A DNA stretch of 64,000 nucleotides from Candidatus Nomurabacteria bacterium (GCA_021413905.1 JAIOPO010000004.1:1597-65596); one strand, 5' to 3'. Counted from the stretch's first letter, positions 20,125 through 31,264 are shown. Program-made: numbers and translations. Notes: generated by a model from the sequence alone, not told the origin.

Positions 20125-22377
20125 ATGGCAAAAAAAGAAAAAAATTCTAATAAAAAAAATGGGGATAAAAGTGGACGTGTAAATAAAGATTATTCAATGA
20201 AAATATCTACACCAAAAGTAAACTTAAAATCTGAAACAAAACACACGATTGCTTCTATCGCGTGTTTCTTGTTAGCATTATTTTTAATAATGTCCGTATT
20301 TGATATGACAGGTATGGCGGGCAGATTTATTTATAAAGTTTTTCACTATTTATTTGGCTTAGGTTATGCATTATTACCCACTCTTTTTATTTTGCTCGGA
20401 TCTTCTTTTATAAAATCTGAATATCCTCACATAGGATGGGAACGCGCATTCAGTGGATTTTTATTTTTAATTTCAGGACTCGGTATCATAGATATCGCTT
20501 CTATGAAACATGCCGGTGGTATTTTAGGCGAAATCTCTGGAGCACCATTGGTGTATTTATTTGACCCAACAGCGAGTATTTTAATACTCGGTGCAATTCT
20601 AATAATTTCTATTTTAATAATGTTTGATACTCGTCCAGAATTTATTCCTTTCTTTAAAAAATTATGGGCAATAATCACAAGAAAAAAATCTACAGATATG
20701 GCAGAAGAAATAGACACTATACCAACAACAATAGAAAATAAAGAAGAGAAAGAAAAAGAAGAAGACAAAAAAGAAAACACTAGTGAGAAAATAAAAAAAG
20801 CGTTAGGTGTAAATAAGAAAATTTCAAAAGAAGACGAAGAGGAAGAAATGCCGATTAAAAAAATGCGAGCATTGCCATCTACCTACACCCCGCCTCCTTT
20901 GTCTCTACTTGAAGAAGACAAAGGTAAACCAAATACAGGAGATATAAAAGCAAATGCAAATATAATAAAACGCACACTTGCGAATTTCGGTATTGAAGTG
21001 GAAATGGATGAGATAACAGTCGGCCCGACTGTCACACGTTATGCTTTGAAACCTGCCGAAGGAGTAAAACTCTCTCGTATAGTCGGACTTCAAAGTGATT
21101 TGGCTTTAGCACTCGCAGCGCACCCTATCCGTATCGAAGCTCCAATCCCCGGCAAATCACTCGTAGGTATAGAAATTCCAAACAAAGTAAAATCAACAGT
21201 CGGACTCGCTACTCTTTTGGCTGATGACAAATTTAAAAATTCTCCAAAGCCCCTCAATATAGCACTCGGTCGTGGAATATCCGGAAAAGCTGTATTTGAT
21301 GATTTGGCAAAAATGCCACACGCGCTAATCGCAGGAACTACAGGTTCCGGAAAATCTGTCACCATACACTCTGTCATCACTTCCCTTTTATACAGAAATG
21401 GACCAGACGATTTGAAATTTATCATGGTTGACCCAAAAAGAGTGGAGCTGACTCTTTACAATAAAATTCCCCACCTGCTGACGCCTGTTATCACTGACGC
21501 AAAGAAAACAATTCTTGCTTTGAAATGGGCAGCAAAAGAAATGGATAGACGTTATGACATATTGGGAGCTGAATCTGTCCGCGACATTGAGTCATATCAC
21601 AGTACTATATTCAACAAAAATCAAAAGAAAACAAAAATAAATGAAAATGGCGAAGAAGTATCAGATGCACCAGAACGTATGCCATATATAGTCATTATCA
21701 TAGATGAATTGGCGGATATTATGATTGCATATCCTCGTGAACTTGAGAGCGCAATAGTGCGCCTCGCTCAAATGTCTCGTGCTGTTGGTATTCACCTCAT
21801 ACTTTCCACTCAACGTCCGGAAGTAAATGTCATTACAGGTCTGATCAAAGCTAATGTCCCCGCTCGTGTAGCCCTCAAAGTATCTTCTCAAATAGATTCT
21901 CGTACTATACTCGATGCCGGAGGAGCGGAAAAACTTTTGGGTGCCGGAGACATGCTTTATTCTTCAGGCAAAGCTCAACCAGAACGTTTGCAATCAGCAT
22001 ACATAACCGAAGGTGAAGTTAAAAAAGTTGTAAAATATTTATCTGATGCTTATGCTGATGAAATATTGGAAGAAATATCATTAACATCAGGTTCTATTTC
22101 AGCTGATAAAAGTATTTTTGAAAGTACTTTAGATGATGAAAACAGTGATGATGATGAACTTTATGAAGATGCTCGTGCTTGTATCATAGAAGCAGGCAAA
22201 GCTTCTACGTCATATTTGCAAAGAAAACTCAAAGTCGGTTATGCTCGTGCAGCGAGACTCATGGATATGCTCGAAGAGCGTGGAGTGATAGGTCCGGGTG
22301 ATGGCGCAAAACCTAGAGAAGTTTTGGAAAGAATAGAAAGAGATGAGACAGGCAATAATGTAAACACGATGGAATAA
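20125..22377 (+). CDS. ftsK: DNA translocase FtsK/SpoIIIE
   Basis: N-terminal TM helices, acidic linker, Walker A GTTGSGKS, and FtsK-gamma-like C-terminus (STSYLQRKLKVGYARAARLMD). Confidence 0.95.
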   Translation: MAKKEKNSNKKNGDKSGRVNKDYSMKISTPKVNLKSETKHTIASIACFLLALFLIMSVFDMTGMAGRFIYKVFHYLFGLGYALLPTLFILLGSSFIKSEYPHIGWERAFSGFLFLISGLGIIDIASMKHAGGILGEISGAPLVYLFDPTASILILGAILIISILIMFDTRPEFIPFFKKLWAIITRKKSTDMAEEIDTIPTTIENKEEKEKEEDKKENTSEKIKKALGVNKKISKEDEEEEMPIKKMRALPSTYTPPPLSLLEEDKGKPNTGDIKANANIIKRTLANFGIEVEMDEITVGPTVTRYALKPAEGVKLSRIVGLQSDLALALAAHPIRIEAPIPGKSLVGIEIPNKVKSTVGLATLLADDKFKNSPKPLNIALGRGISGKAVFDDLAKMPHALIAGTTGSGKSVTIHSVITSLLYRNGPDDLKFIMVDPKRVELTLYNKIPHLLTPVITDAKKTILALKWAAKEMDRRYDILGAESVRDIESYHSTIFNKNQKKTKINENGEEVSDAPERMPYIVIIIDELADIMIAYPRELESAIVRLAQMSRAVGIHLILSTQRPEVNVITGLIKANVPARVALKVSSQIDSRTILDAGGAEKLLGAGDMLYSSGKAQPERLQSAYITEGEVKKVVKYLSDAYADEILEEISLTSGSISADKSIFESTLDDENSDDDELYEDARACIIEAGKASTSYLQRKLKVGYARAARLMDMLEERGVIGPGDGAKPREVLERIERDETGNNVNTME

Positions 22378-22378
22378 A

Positions 22379-22735
22379 ATGAATAGAGATGCTAAAAAAA
22401 TATTCAGTATTGCTTCCCTCTCAGTATTGTTTTTAACAATACTTGTCTATGCTTTTTTCAGCTCAAGATCTTTAATCTTTGGAGTAAAAATTAAAAATGT
22501 AAATATAACAGACGGTGCAAAAGTAGAAAAAAATATTCTAGAAATTAAAGGAAATGCTAAAAATGCAATAAATATAACACTAAATGGACGTGAAATATCC
22601 ATAAATCAACAAGGTGATTTCGATGAGACAATTATATTACTTTCGGGGTATAATGTAATAGACATAAAAGCCAAAGACAAATTTGGCAAAGAAGATGAAA
22701 AAATTTTTCGCCTCATCGGCGAATTCGCCAAATAG
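22379..22735 (+). CDS. Hypothetical small membrane-anchored protein
   Basis: Start codon is coupled to the ftsK stop; one N-terminal TM helix. Confidence 0.35.
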   Translation: MNRDAKKIFSIASLSVLFLTILVYAFFSSRSLIFGVKIKNVNITDGAKVEKNILEIKGNAKNAINITLNGREISINQQGDFDETIILLSGYNVIDIKAKDKFGKEDEKIFRLIGEFAK

Positions 22736-22768
22736 GCGAAATAATTATTAATAGTTTAAAAAAACAAT

Positions 22769-23824
22769 ATGATTAAAAAAGCAAAAAAAGCGGGCAATAG
22801 TGAAACAATGAATGACAGAGGTTTAGAAGATACACTAAAATCAATCCAAACTAAATTTGGAGAAGGAGCCATAATGAAACTTGGCGAAAAACCAAAAGTA
22901 GATGTGGACGTCGTCCCTACTGGTTCACTTGGTCTAGATATGGCCCTCGGTATCGGAGGTGTTCCTCGTGGCAGAATTATTGAAATATTCGGACCGGAAT
23001 CAAGTGGTAAAACTACTTTAGCTTTGCATATAGTCTCCGAAGCACAGAAAAAAGGTGGTGTGTGTGCATATATTGATGCCGAACATGCGATGGATCCTGT
23101 ATACGCAAAAGCTCTCGGAGTAAAAATAGACGATTTGTTGATTTCTCAACCAGACACAGGAGAACAAGGTCTTGAAATCACAGAGTCTCTCGTCCGTTCA
23201 GGGAAAATAGATGTCATTGTCATAGACTCTGTCGCAGCATTGACTCCAAAAGACGAAATCGAAGGTGATATGGGCCAAGCGCATGTCGGTCGCCAAGCTC
23301 GCCTTATGTCTCAAGCATTACGTAAACTCACAGCCATAGTCGCTCGCTCAAAGACTATTGTTATTTTCATTAACCAAATCCGTATGCAAATCGGTGTAAT
23401 GTTTGGTAATCCAGAAACAACAACCGGAGGTAAAGCTTTGAAATTCTACACTTCTATTCGCCTGGACATTCGCAGAATTGCACAAATTAAAAAAGGAGAA
23501 GAAGTAGTCGGAGGACGCACACGCGTAAAAGTCGTAAAAAACAAAGTTGCAGCTCCATTTAAACAAACTGAATTTGATATTATTTATGGTGAAGGTATTT
23601 CACACGAAGGTGAACTCATGGCTCTCGGAGAAAAACTCGGCATAATAGAAAAATCCGGAGCTTCATATTCAATGAAAGACAAAGAAGGAACTAAAGTTTC
23701 TATGGGACGTGGTTATGATGCTACTCGCACATGGCTAAAAGAAAATCCAAAAGTCGCAAAAGAAATTGAAAAAGAAGTAAAAAATCGCTTTAGTGAAATA
23801 CAAGTGGCGAGTTCGGGAGAATAA
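22769..23824 (+). CDS. recA: Recombinase RecA
   Basis: [12 protein letters not shown] Walker A, L1/L2 loop regions and conserved core. Confidence 0.97.
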   Translation: MIKKAKKAGNSETMNDRGLEDTLKSIQTKFGEGAIMKLGEKPKVDVDVVPTGSLGLDMALGIGGVPRGRIIEIFGPESSGKTTLALHIVSEAQKKGGVCAYIDAEHAMDPVYAKALGVKIDDLLISQPDTGEQGLEITESLVRSGKIDVIVIDSVAALTPKDEIEGDMGQAHVGRQARLMSQALRKLTAIVARSKTIVIFINQIRMQIGVMFGNPETTTGGKALKFYTSIRLDIRRIAQIKKGEEVVGGRTRVKVVKNKVAAPFKQTEFDIIYGEGISHEGELMALGEKLGIIEKSGASYSMKDKEGTKVSMGRGYDATRTWLKENPKVAKEIEKEVKNRFSEIQVASSGE

Positions 23825-23866
23825 ATATTTAGTTGATTTTATAAAATATTTTGTTAATATAAATTT

Positions 23867-24445
23867 ATGGCAACATTAGAATACAGTGAAATACGAGAAA
23901 AGAAAATAATATTACATGATGATGAACCTTGTGAAGTTGTAGAAAGCCATGTAGCTCGCACACAACAACGCAAACCTCAAAACCAAGTAAAACTTAAAAG
24001 TTTAATAACTGGTAAGACATTTGCAGCGACATTTCATGTTTCTGACAAAGCAGACGAAGCAGAAATAGAGAAAAGAGATGTTAAATTCTTGTACCATAAC
24101 AAAGGTGAATATTGGTTCTGTGATCCAGCTGATCCTAAAAACAGATTCAAACTTGATGAAATGATGCTCGGTAATACCGTTAAATTCTTAAAAGCAAATG
24201 AAAATGTTTCTGCTTTGGTTTGGGATAATGATGGAGAAGAAAAAATAATAGGACTTAAATTACCTATCAAAATGCAATTCAAAGTAAAAGAAGCTCCCCC
24301 TGCAGTACGTGGAGACACTTCAAAAGGTGGTAATAAATTTATTGTCCTTGAAAATGGTGCATCTATCACTGCTCCGATGTTCATAAATGAAGGCGACACC
24401 GTGATAGTAAATACCGAAAACGGCGAATATTACGAAAGAGCGTAA
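23867..24445 (+). CDS. efp: Elongation factor P
   Basis: KOW-like N-domain; length (~190 aa) and OB-domain pattern consistent with EF-P. Confidence 0.75.
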   Translation: MATLEYSEIREKKIILHDDEPCEVVESHVARTQQRKPQNQVKLKSLITGKTFAATFHVSDKADEAEIEKRDVKFLYHNKGEYWFCDPADPKNRFKLDEMMLGNTVKFLKANENVSALVWDNDGEEKIIGLKLPIKMQFKVKEAPPAVRGDTSKGGNKFIVLENGASITAPMFINEGDTVIVNTENGEYYERA

Positions 24446-24478
24446 ACATTTGACTAAAAATATAAAAAATGTAAACTA

Positions 24479-24509
24479 AAAACACCTACTAATTAGTAGG
24501 TGTTTTTAG
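24479..24509 (+). terminator. Intrinsic terminator after efp
   Basis: Perfect 20-bp palindrome CACCTACTAATTAGTAGGTG followed by TTTTT. Confidence 0.75.
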
Positions 24510-24526
24510 TTCTTTTACATAGTGCT

Positions 24527-24586
24527 CCCCTGTTTTGAGTTTATTTAATAAAATAATTTCAAAACAGGGGAAGCCGAAAACCTGTT
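24527..24586 (+). promoter_or_regulatory. Candidate RNA switch: 12-bp perfect stem (CCCCTGTTTTGA/TCAAAACAGGGG) whose 3' arm can alternatively pair with downstream CCTGTT
   Basis: Read from sequence; lies ~35 nt upstream of the 24621 ORF. Confidence 0.3.
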
Positions 24587-24620
24587 CCAGAGTAGGCACG
24601 ATCAAAAAAAATGAACAAAA

Positions 24621-25259
24621 ATGAAAAATCAAAAAAGTGATCAAAATTTACTTGAGCAAGAAATCTCACAAGAACTTGCCAATGCAGAAAAAATTGCAAA
24701 ACAAGTAATAGCTAAAAAAAACAGAGCTAATTCTTTAAAAGAAGAATTGGACAAAGCAAAAAAAATAAAAGTATCTAGCGTCGTTCATAAATATCAAAAC
24801 CATGCGACTACTGTTACATGGAAAGATATAGAGGAATTCAATATTAAAACCGATAAACTTCTCCTTGATATAATAGAAGAAGTTTTTCAAAAAAACAAAA
24901 CAGTTCACTCTCCAAAACAGACTTATTTTCATTCGAAAATAGAAGAGTACTCAACAGACTTTGAGGTAATCAAAAACCTTAAAATAAATACTTTTCTGAG
25001 TATTGAGGAAATAATAATACTCTGTTATGATCTTATTTTAACAGAAAGATCCGGTAGTGGGCCATTGTATAACTCGGATTTTAAAAAATCAAAAATCCTT
25101 AATCTTGGCTATATAAATCACCCAGATTTAGGACTTGCATCAATCAGACTGGAAAGAAAAAGACTAAACCATTCTGAAGGCGAAGCAAGAGAGTATCACT
25201 TGCATTTTTACAGTGAAACAAGGCGATATTACGCGGGAAATGAATTTCTCGTTAAATAA
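24621..25259 (+). CDS. Hypothetical protein (isolated transcription unit)
   Basis: ORF bracketed by two strong terminators; no recognisable family. Confidence 0.35.
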   Translation: MKNQKSDQNLLEQEISQELANAEKIAKQVIAKKNRANSLKEELDKAKKIKVSSVVHKYQNHATTVTWKDIEEFNIKTDKLLLDIIEEVFQKNKTVHSPKQTYFHSKIEEYSTDFEVIKNLKINTFLSIEEIIILCYDLILTERSGSGPLYNSDFKKSKILNLGYINHPDLGLASIRLERKRLNHSEGEAREYHLHFYSETRRYYAGNEFLVK

Positions 25260-25265
25260 AACAAA

Positions 25266-25298
25266 GCAAAAGCCCCCGACGAAGTCGGGGGCTTTTTT
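25266..25298. terminator. Bidirectional intrinsic terminator
   Basis: GCCCCCGAC-GAAG-TCGGGGGC followed by TTTTTT, between convergent genes. Confidence 0.85.
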
Positions 25299-25309
25299 AA
25301 TTGCATTTT

Positions 25310-25510
25310 TTATTTAGCTACGAAAGGCAATAATCCTAGAAATCTTGCTCTTTTGACTGCTGTCGATAGAGCGCGTTGATTTTTAGAAGTCACACCTGTG
25401 CGCTTGTGATTCATTATCTTTCCATTTGGATTCAAAAACTTTTTCAAGATTTCAATATCTTTATAGTCGATAAATTTTATGTTATTTGATGAGAAATAAT
25501 CTTGTTTCAT
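25310..25510 (-). CDS. rpsR: 30S ribosomal protein S18
   Basis: Conserved S18 core ...[40 protein letters not shown]. Confidence 0.9.
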   Translation of the reverse strand: MKQDYFSSNNIKFIDYKDIEILKKFLNPNGKIMNHKRTGVTSKNQRALSTAVKRARFLGLLPFVAK

Positions 25511-25526
25511 AATTTTATATTAACTT

Positions 25527-25982
25527 TTAAAAAGGAATATCTTCAGGGTTTATATCTTCTTCAGGATATTCGATCATATCTGCTTCAGCTTCTTCCCCTT
25601 TTGGTCCGGAAGTCATCCCCGGAGCTGTTTGAGTACCACCACTAGAACCTGCATTACCCTTTGGGCCAAATTGAGTTCTGTCAGCGATAATTTCTGTGCG
25701 ATATTTCTTTGAACCGTCTTTATCGTCCCAACTTCTTGTTTGCATTCTGCCTTCCACTAACATTGAATTTCCTTTCTTCATATATTGAGCGACAGTCTCA
25801 GCTTGTCTACCGAAAACCACAACATTGTGATAATCAGCGGATTCTTGTTTAGCTCCATTTTTGTCTTTCCAAACACGATTTGTAGCCAAAGAAAACGAAC
25901 AAACTTTTATACCAGATGGTAATGCGCGAAGTTCCGGATCGCGAGTAAGATTTCCTATAACGATTGCTTTATTTAGATACAT
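25527..25982 (-). CDS. ssb: Single-stranded DNA-binding protein
   Basis: OB fold, Gly-rich tail and acidic C-terminal DIPF tip. Confidence 0.9.
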   Translation of the reverse strand: MYLNKAIVIGNLTRDPELRALPSGIKVCSFSLATNRVWKDKNGAKQESADYHNVVVFGRQAETVAQYMKKGNSMLVEGRMQTRSWDDKDGSKKYRTEIIADRTQFGPKGNAGSSGGTQTAPGMTSGPKGEEAEADMIEYPEEDINPEDIPF

Positions 25983-26022
25983 AATTTATTTTTGGTTTTT
26001 TAAAAAACCTATTAATTAATAA

Positions 26023-26508
26023 TTAAGCCTCTACCATAGCATCGATTTCTTTATCGATTTCTTCTTTGTTTATTTCAACTGGAGTCTCTTCCCCTTCTTT
26101 CTTTGGAGAATGTTTGTATTTACCCATATCAGCACGGACAAATTTCTTTGTTGCGATAGTATTTTCTTTTACAGTTTTAGTTGTCAAAAATCTGATAACT
26201 TTAGGATCCAAGTCCATTTTCTTTTTCAAGTCAGCGACTTTTTCAGGATTCATTTCAAATTTAATCCAACCAAAATATGCAGTGTCAAATTTATTTCTGA
26301 TATTTTGCACAACTTTAAGCATTTGATATGCAAGGTTGATTTGTTTTGGCATTTCATCAGCAATAACTTCCCCACCCAAAGATGAGATAAGTTCTTTTAG
26401 ATTTCCATAAACAGCAGGCACTTCATCACCTGGAATTGTGGGAACCAAAAGATAACCGACTTCATACACGCGAGCATCAGAATCTGTATTTTTTATATTT
26501 TCTTCCAT
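26023..26508 (-). CDS. rpsF: 30S ribosomal protein S6 (with C-terminal extension)
   Basis: YEVGYLLVP... S6 N-terminal pattern and conserved rpsF-ssb-rpsR order. Confidence 0.75.
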   Translation of the reverse strand: MEENIKNTDSDARVYEVGYLLVPTIPGDEVPAVYGNLKELISSLGGEVIADEMPKQINLAYQMLKVVQNIRNKFDTAYFGWIKFEMNPEKVADLKKKMDLDPKVIRFLTTKTVKENTIATKKFVRADMGKYKHSPKKEGEETPVEINKEEIDKEIDAMVEA

Positions 26509-26630
26509 TTTGTTTAAATTTTAAATTAATTAATATATGTCATGGCCATTGTCACATAAGGACAAATGCAGTACAGACGACCTGCTGTATTGAACATATA
26601 AGCTCATATTAGCGAAAAATAGCCTTGTTG

Positions 26631-27422
26631 TCAAACACTAAACACTCTTTTGGCATTTTTGATGATAGCTTCAGCCACTTCGTTCTCAGGAAGTTCTTTT
26701 ATGCGAGCAATGGCTTTCACAATTTCACACACCATATATGGTTCACAAGTTTTACCCCTATAAGGCACAGGGGCTGCGAAAGGCGCATCGGTCTCGGACA
26801 TTATATATTCCAAAGGCAAAAATCTAATAACTTCATCATAATCTGACGTGAAAGTAATAGGCCCATCAAAAGACATCGTAAAATCTATATTCATCGCGCG
26901 TTTTGCGATATTTATATCACCGACAAAAAAATGAAAATTGCCGGACAAAATAGAACCATGTTCTTTTTTATAATTTTCTAAAATATCGAGAGCGTCTTCA
27001 TATGCATCCATGCTCCCCTTTGATGGACGTGCGTGTATCATGAGAGGTTTTTTCATTTTAATTGCAAGCTCGATATGTTTCTTGAAAATTTCTTTTTGTT
27101 TTTCTTTTATATTTTCATCTGCTCCACGAAAATAATCCAATCCGCATTCTCCAACACAAACGACTTTTTTATCTTGCGCCAATATTTCATATTTTTCAAT
27201 ATTAAAAATTTCATTTGTATTATCTGTCGGATGAAGCCCAACTCCAGCCCAAACAAAATCATATTTATTGGCTATTTTTATAGCTTGTTTTGATGTCTCG
27301 TAATCCACACCGATAGTTATAGTGCTCACATTATTTTCTACCATGCGAGCAATAACCCCTTCATGGTCAGCATTGAGAGGTTCTAAATTCAAATGTGAAT
27401 GTATATCTATGTATTTCTGCAT
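26631..27422 (-). CDS. tatD: TatD-family metal-dependent hydrolase/DNase
   Basis: IDIHSHLN metal-binding start and TIM-barrel TatD motifs; start overlaps the metG stop (TAATG). Confidence 0.85.
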   Translation of the reverse strand: MQKYIDIHSHLNLEPLNADHEGVIARMVENNVSTITIGVDYETSKQAIKIANKYDFVWAGVGLHPTDNTNEIFNIEKYEILAQDKKVVCVGECGLDYFRGADENIKEKQKEIFKKHIELAIKMKKPLMIHARPSKGSMDAYEDALDILENYKKEHGSILSGNFHFFVGDINIAKRAMNIDFTMSFDGPITFTSDYDEVIRFLPLEYIMSETDAPFAAPVPYRGKTCEPYMVCEIVKAIARIKELPENEVAEAIIKNAKRVFSV

Positions 27423-28897
27423 TAATCTTTTCGTAAAAACAAAGGCTCAATGGGCATTTTACCTGACTTCACTATTTCAATAATTTTTTTACTGGTTTCC
27501 GGAAGAACGGGCGTCAACATCTGACCTATATTATGCAATTTTATTACCAAATTTTTTATTATTTCCAACGCTTCTTCTTTGTTAGTTTTAACAAGTTTAA
27601 ACGGTTGTTTACTTTGAATTGTTTCATCTAATTCTGTAACATGTTCAAATACAATATTCATTGCTTCTGTAATATTAAAATTATTCATTGCAATCAATGC
27701 AGGCGTCCAGTCTTCAGACAATTGCATTTGTGGAATTTCTACAGGTTTTTCAAAATTCGTCTCCGCCATTTTCATAATTCTACTTGTTAAATTTCCCAAA
27801 CCATTCGCCAATTTTGCATTGTAACAATCTTTAAAACGCTCCATTGTCACAGGAGAATCTTCGAAAGAAGAAATTTCGGAAAGAAGAAAAAATCGCAAAG
27901 CGTCTGTACCATATTCATCCACGATATCTTTCGGATTTATAACATTACCCAAAGATTTTGACATTTTTACACCTCCTCCACCCATAATAAAACCATTGAT
28001 TATTATCTGATGAGAATTTGGCAAATCAGCTGCCATTAGCATCGCTTGCCACATTGCAGACTGAAAACGCAAATTGTCTTTTCCGCAATACTGCGTAGGG
28101 TTTCCATTTACCCAGTATTTTTGAAATTTCTCACTTGCGACAAGACTCTCCAAAGTATCCACACCTTCATCCGCCAATGTAGAAATATAATTCGTCAAAG
28201 CATCAAACCACACATACATCACATGTTCGCTATCGTTGGGCACTTCTATTCCCCACGGCATTTTATTTTTCAACCTTGAGATTGAAAAATCTTGCAAACC
28301 TCTTTCTACAAAAGATTTTATTTCATTAAATCTAAAATCAGGCACGACAAAATCCGGACGTTCTGCATAAAATTTATTCAATTTTTCTGTAAATGCACTA
28401 TATTTGAAAAAATAATTTTCTTCTTTGATTATTTCGAGCTTTGAACCCGGATGATCCGGACATTCGCCATTTTCATTTAATTCAGAATCGGTTTTTTCAC
28501 TTTCACAACCCACGCAATATTTTGTCTCATAATTTTTCTTGTAAATGTAGCCGTTGTTAAAACATTTCATCCAAAAATCTTTAGCAATGTTTTCATGTTT
28601 TTTATCTGTAGTGCGAATAAAATTCAAATCGTCGCTCATTCCAAAAATCTTCACGGATTCTTTGAAATTTAAAAAACTCTGATCTACAAATTCTTGCACG
28701 GAAATATTTTGCCCTTTTGCTTTTTCAAAAATCTTCATACCATGTTCATCCGTGCCAGTGTTAAAATAAACATCAAAATCTGCAAGCTTTTTATAACGAG
28801 CAATACTGTCAGCACGCACAAATTCAAGAGCATGACCCAAATGAAGATCTGCGTTCACATATGGCAAAGTTGTAGTAATGTAAAAACTATTTTTCAT
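27422..28897 (-). CDS. metG: Methionyl-tRNA synthetase
   Basis: HLGH and KMSKS class I motifs; MetRS zinc-knuckle cysteines. Confidence 0.95.
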   Translation of the reverse strand: MKNSFYITTTLPYVNADLHLGHALEFVRADSIARYKKLADFDVYFNTGTDEHGMKIFEKAKGQNISVQEFVDQSFLNFKESVKIFGMSDDLNFIRTTDKKHENIAKDFWMKCFNNGYIYKKNYETKYCVGCESEKTDSELNENGECPDHPGSKLEIIKEENYFFKYSAFTEKLNKFYAERPDFVVPDFRFNEIKSFVERGLQDFSISRLKNKMPWGIEVPNDSEHVMYVWFDALTNYISTLADEGVDTLESLVASEKFQKYWVNGNPTQYCGKDNLRFQSAMWQAMLMAADLPNSHQIIINGFIMGGGGVKMSKSLGNVINPKDIVDEYGTDALRFFLLSEISSFEDSPVTMERFKDCYNAKLANGLGNLTSRIMKMAETNFEKPVEIPQMQLSEDWTPALIAMNNFNITEAMNIVFEHVTELDETIQSKQPFKLVKTNKEEALEIIKNLVIKLHNIGQMLTPVLPETSKKIIEIVKSGKMPIEPLFLRKD

Positions 28898-29963
28898 GGC
28901 TCATTCTGGCAAAAATCTTATCTTTTTCAATATCATTCAAAAATTCCATTATACAAACAGCAAAAGGAATAGCGAGTATTAAGCCCCACACTCCACCCAA
29001 ATCAAAACCGATCAACACTGCCAAAATCACAACCAAAGGAGACAAGCCGATAACTTTTCGCACTATTAAAGGAGCTAAAAGATAAACTTCAAATTGATGA
29101 ATTATTAAATATGCTCCGGCAACCATCAATGAACTGGACAATCCTCCGGACAAATACGCCAAAGCTATTGCAGGAATCATTGCTATTAAAAATCCATAAG
29201 GGACGAGTTCCACAATACCTGTCAAAATTGCAAGTAAAAATGCATATTGTATGCCAAGCAAAGACAAAACCAAATAAACCAAAATACCCACAAGTAAACC
29301 AAGCAACATTTGTCCCTTTATCCAAAGGGCTATCTTTCTGCGTGAGCGTTCCCACAAATCCACTGCATAATTTTCATGTTTAGCCGGCACAACAATACGT
29401 AAGAAATTCTCTATACCCTTTTCTTGAATAGATAAATAAAAAGAAATTATTATAATCATACCGACATTGAACAAACTTCCGAAAGCAACGGACAATGTTT
29501 GGAAAAATCCTCCGGAAAGATTTGAAATGAAAGCTTTTGAAGTTGCAAGCAATGTGCCAAGAGAAAAATTATGAGAAAGAGTATTTACAATATTTTTTGC
29601 TCCGGAGAAAGCATCATTTTGAAAGAAATCCAAGAAATTCGCATCTGGAATATATGATTCTAAAAATACTGAAAAATTATATATTTCAGTTATGAGCAAT
29701 GGAGCGAAAAGATAAAACAAACCCGCTAAAAATAAAATGGAAATAACATACAAAATAACAACAGTGGAAACTCTGCCAATACCTATCTTTTTAAATCTTG
29801 AAACAGCAGATTCCATAAAAGAAGCTATAACTATCGAGGTCAAAAAGACTAAAACAATATCTCTCAAGAAATATATTAAAAAGAAACCCAAACCCACTAA
29901 TACAGCACGAATCATTGTATTGGTAGATATGGACACATTTATATTTTTGTCTTTTTCTTGCAT
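28887..29963 (-). CDS. AI-2E family transporter (PerM/UPF0118)
   Basis: About 8 TM helices and the conserved GxVELVPYGF-like motif. Confidence 0.7.
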   Translation of the reverse strand: MQEKDKNINVSISTNTMIRAVLVGLGFFLIYFLRDIVLVFLTSIVIASFMESAVSRFKKIGIGRVSTVVILYVISILFLAGLFYLFAPLLITEIYNFSVFLESYIPDANFLDFFQNDAFSGAKNIVNTLSHNFSLGTLLATSKAFISNLSGGFFQTLSVAFGSLFNVGMIIIISFYLSIQEKGIENFLRIVVPAKHENYAVDLWERSRRKIALWIKGQMLLGLLVGILVYLVLSLLGIQYAFLLAILTGIVELVPYGFLIAMIPAIALAYLSGGLSSSLMVAGAYLIIHQFEVYLLAPLIVRKVIGLSPLVVILAVLIGFDLGGVWGLILAIPFAVCIMEFLNDIEKDKIFARMSHEK

Positions 29964-29985
29964 TTATACATTGTAACACTAAACA

Positions 29986-31254
29986 CTAAACTTTCAAAAA
30001 AGGCAGAAATTCTTTACTGTCATTAAATGGACCAATAAGAGCAAGATTTAATTTGTCATTTTTAAATATTTCTCTAGCCATATCACGCACTTGTTTTGGG
30101 GTCACCATCTTTATTTTTTTTGCTTTTTCTTCAGCTGATTCTATTTTCTTTAAAAGTATTTCTTGTCCTCCGTAAAAATTGGCAATATCATCTGTGGCTT
30201 CCAAACCCATTTTCATACCGGAAATAAAAATCTCTTTTACTTTATTTAATTCTTTTTCTGAAACAAGTTCATCTTTTAATTTTGAACATTCTTCCAATAT
30301 CGCAGTGATGACTTCTTTGACACGCTTATTGTCCACACCAGAAGAAATCTGAAATACTCCGTGGTCAGTATACGGGTCTGTATTTGCGCGAACATAATAA
30401 CAAACTCCCATTTCTTCGCGAAGTTTATAAAAAAGTCTGGAGCTCATCCCTGCACCCAAAACACCGGACAATACGGACAGTATTGCATTTTTTTTGTTAA
30501 AAATATCAAATGCGCGAAAACCTAAAACAAAATGTGTTTGATCTGTGGCTTTATGTTTTATTTTAATATTTGGCTTATCTTGTTTTTCAATTGTCTTTAT
30601 TTTTCCAAATTTTTTATCATTCTTTAAATCACCAAAAGCTTTTTTAATTTCCTGCATCATTTCTTTTTCAGATACTCCCCCTGCGACGACCACCGTTGTG
30701 GCTTTTGGAACATATTGTTCTTTTTTATATTTAACAAAATCATCGCGTTTCATTTTTTTAATATTCTCAATCGGACCGGCAATATTCCAACCCGCAGGCT
30801 GATCTCCATACAATACTTCCATAAGCATGTCTTGCACATGACGCATTGGTAAATCTTCATACATATTTATTTCTTCTATTATCACTCCTTTTTCTTTTTC
30901 CATTTCAGTTTCTGGAAAAGTGGAATTCAAATAAATATCAGAAACTACATCAAAAATTTTCTTGAAATGTTTCACATCACTTTTTGCATAATAACCTGTA
31001 TATTCTTGGCCGGTAAAAGCATTGTATTGCGCTCCCATAGTGTCTAACTCTGTAGAAATATCACGCGCAGTCGGACGCTTTACAGTACCCTTGAAACACA
31101 TATGTTCCAAAAAATGTGATAAACCGTTTAACTCTCGAGTCTCATATTTGGAACCTGTTTCCACCAACACCAAAGCTGTCACCGTCGGGCTTTCTTTCAT
31201 TGGTATTGTAATAACTCGTAACCCATTCTTTAAAATTGTTTTTTTAGCTTTCAT
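29986..31254 (-). CDS. M16 family zinc peptidase (insulinase-like)
   Basis: HFLEHM inverted zinc-binding motif (HxxEH) near the N-terminus. Confidence 0.85.
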   Translation of the reverse strand: MKAKKTILKNGLRVITIPMKESPTVTALVLVETGSKYETRELNGLSHFLEHMCFKGTVKRPTARDISTELDTMGAQYNAFTGQEYTGYYAKSDVKHFKKIFDVVSDIYLNSTFPETEMEKEKGVIIEEINMYEDLPMRHVQDMLMEVLYGDQPAGWNIAGPIENIKKMKRDDFVKYKKEQYVPKATTVVVAGGVSEKEMMQEIKKAFGDLKNDKKFGKIKTIEKQDKPNIKIKHKATDQTHFVLGFRAFDIFNKKNAILSVLSGVLGAGMSSRLFYKLREEMGVCYYVRANTDPYTDHGVFQISSGVDNKRVKEVITAILEECSKLKDELVSEKELNKVKEIFISGMKMGLEATDDIANFYGGQEILLKKIESAEEKAKKIKMVTPKQVRDMAREIFKNDKLNLALIGPFNDSKEFLPFLKV

Positions 31255-31264
31255 GCCTTTTATA

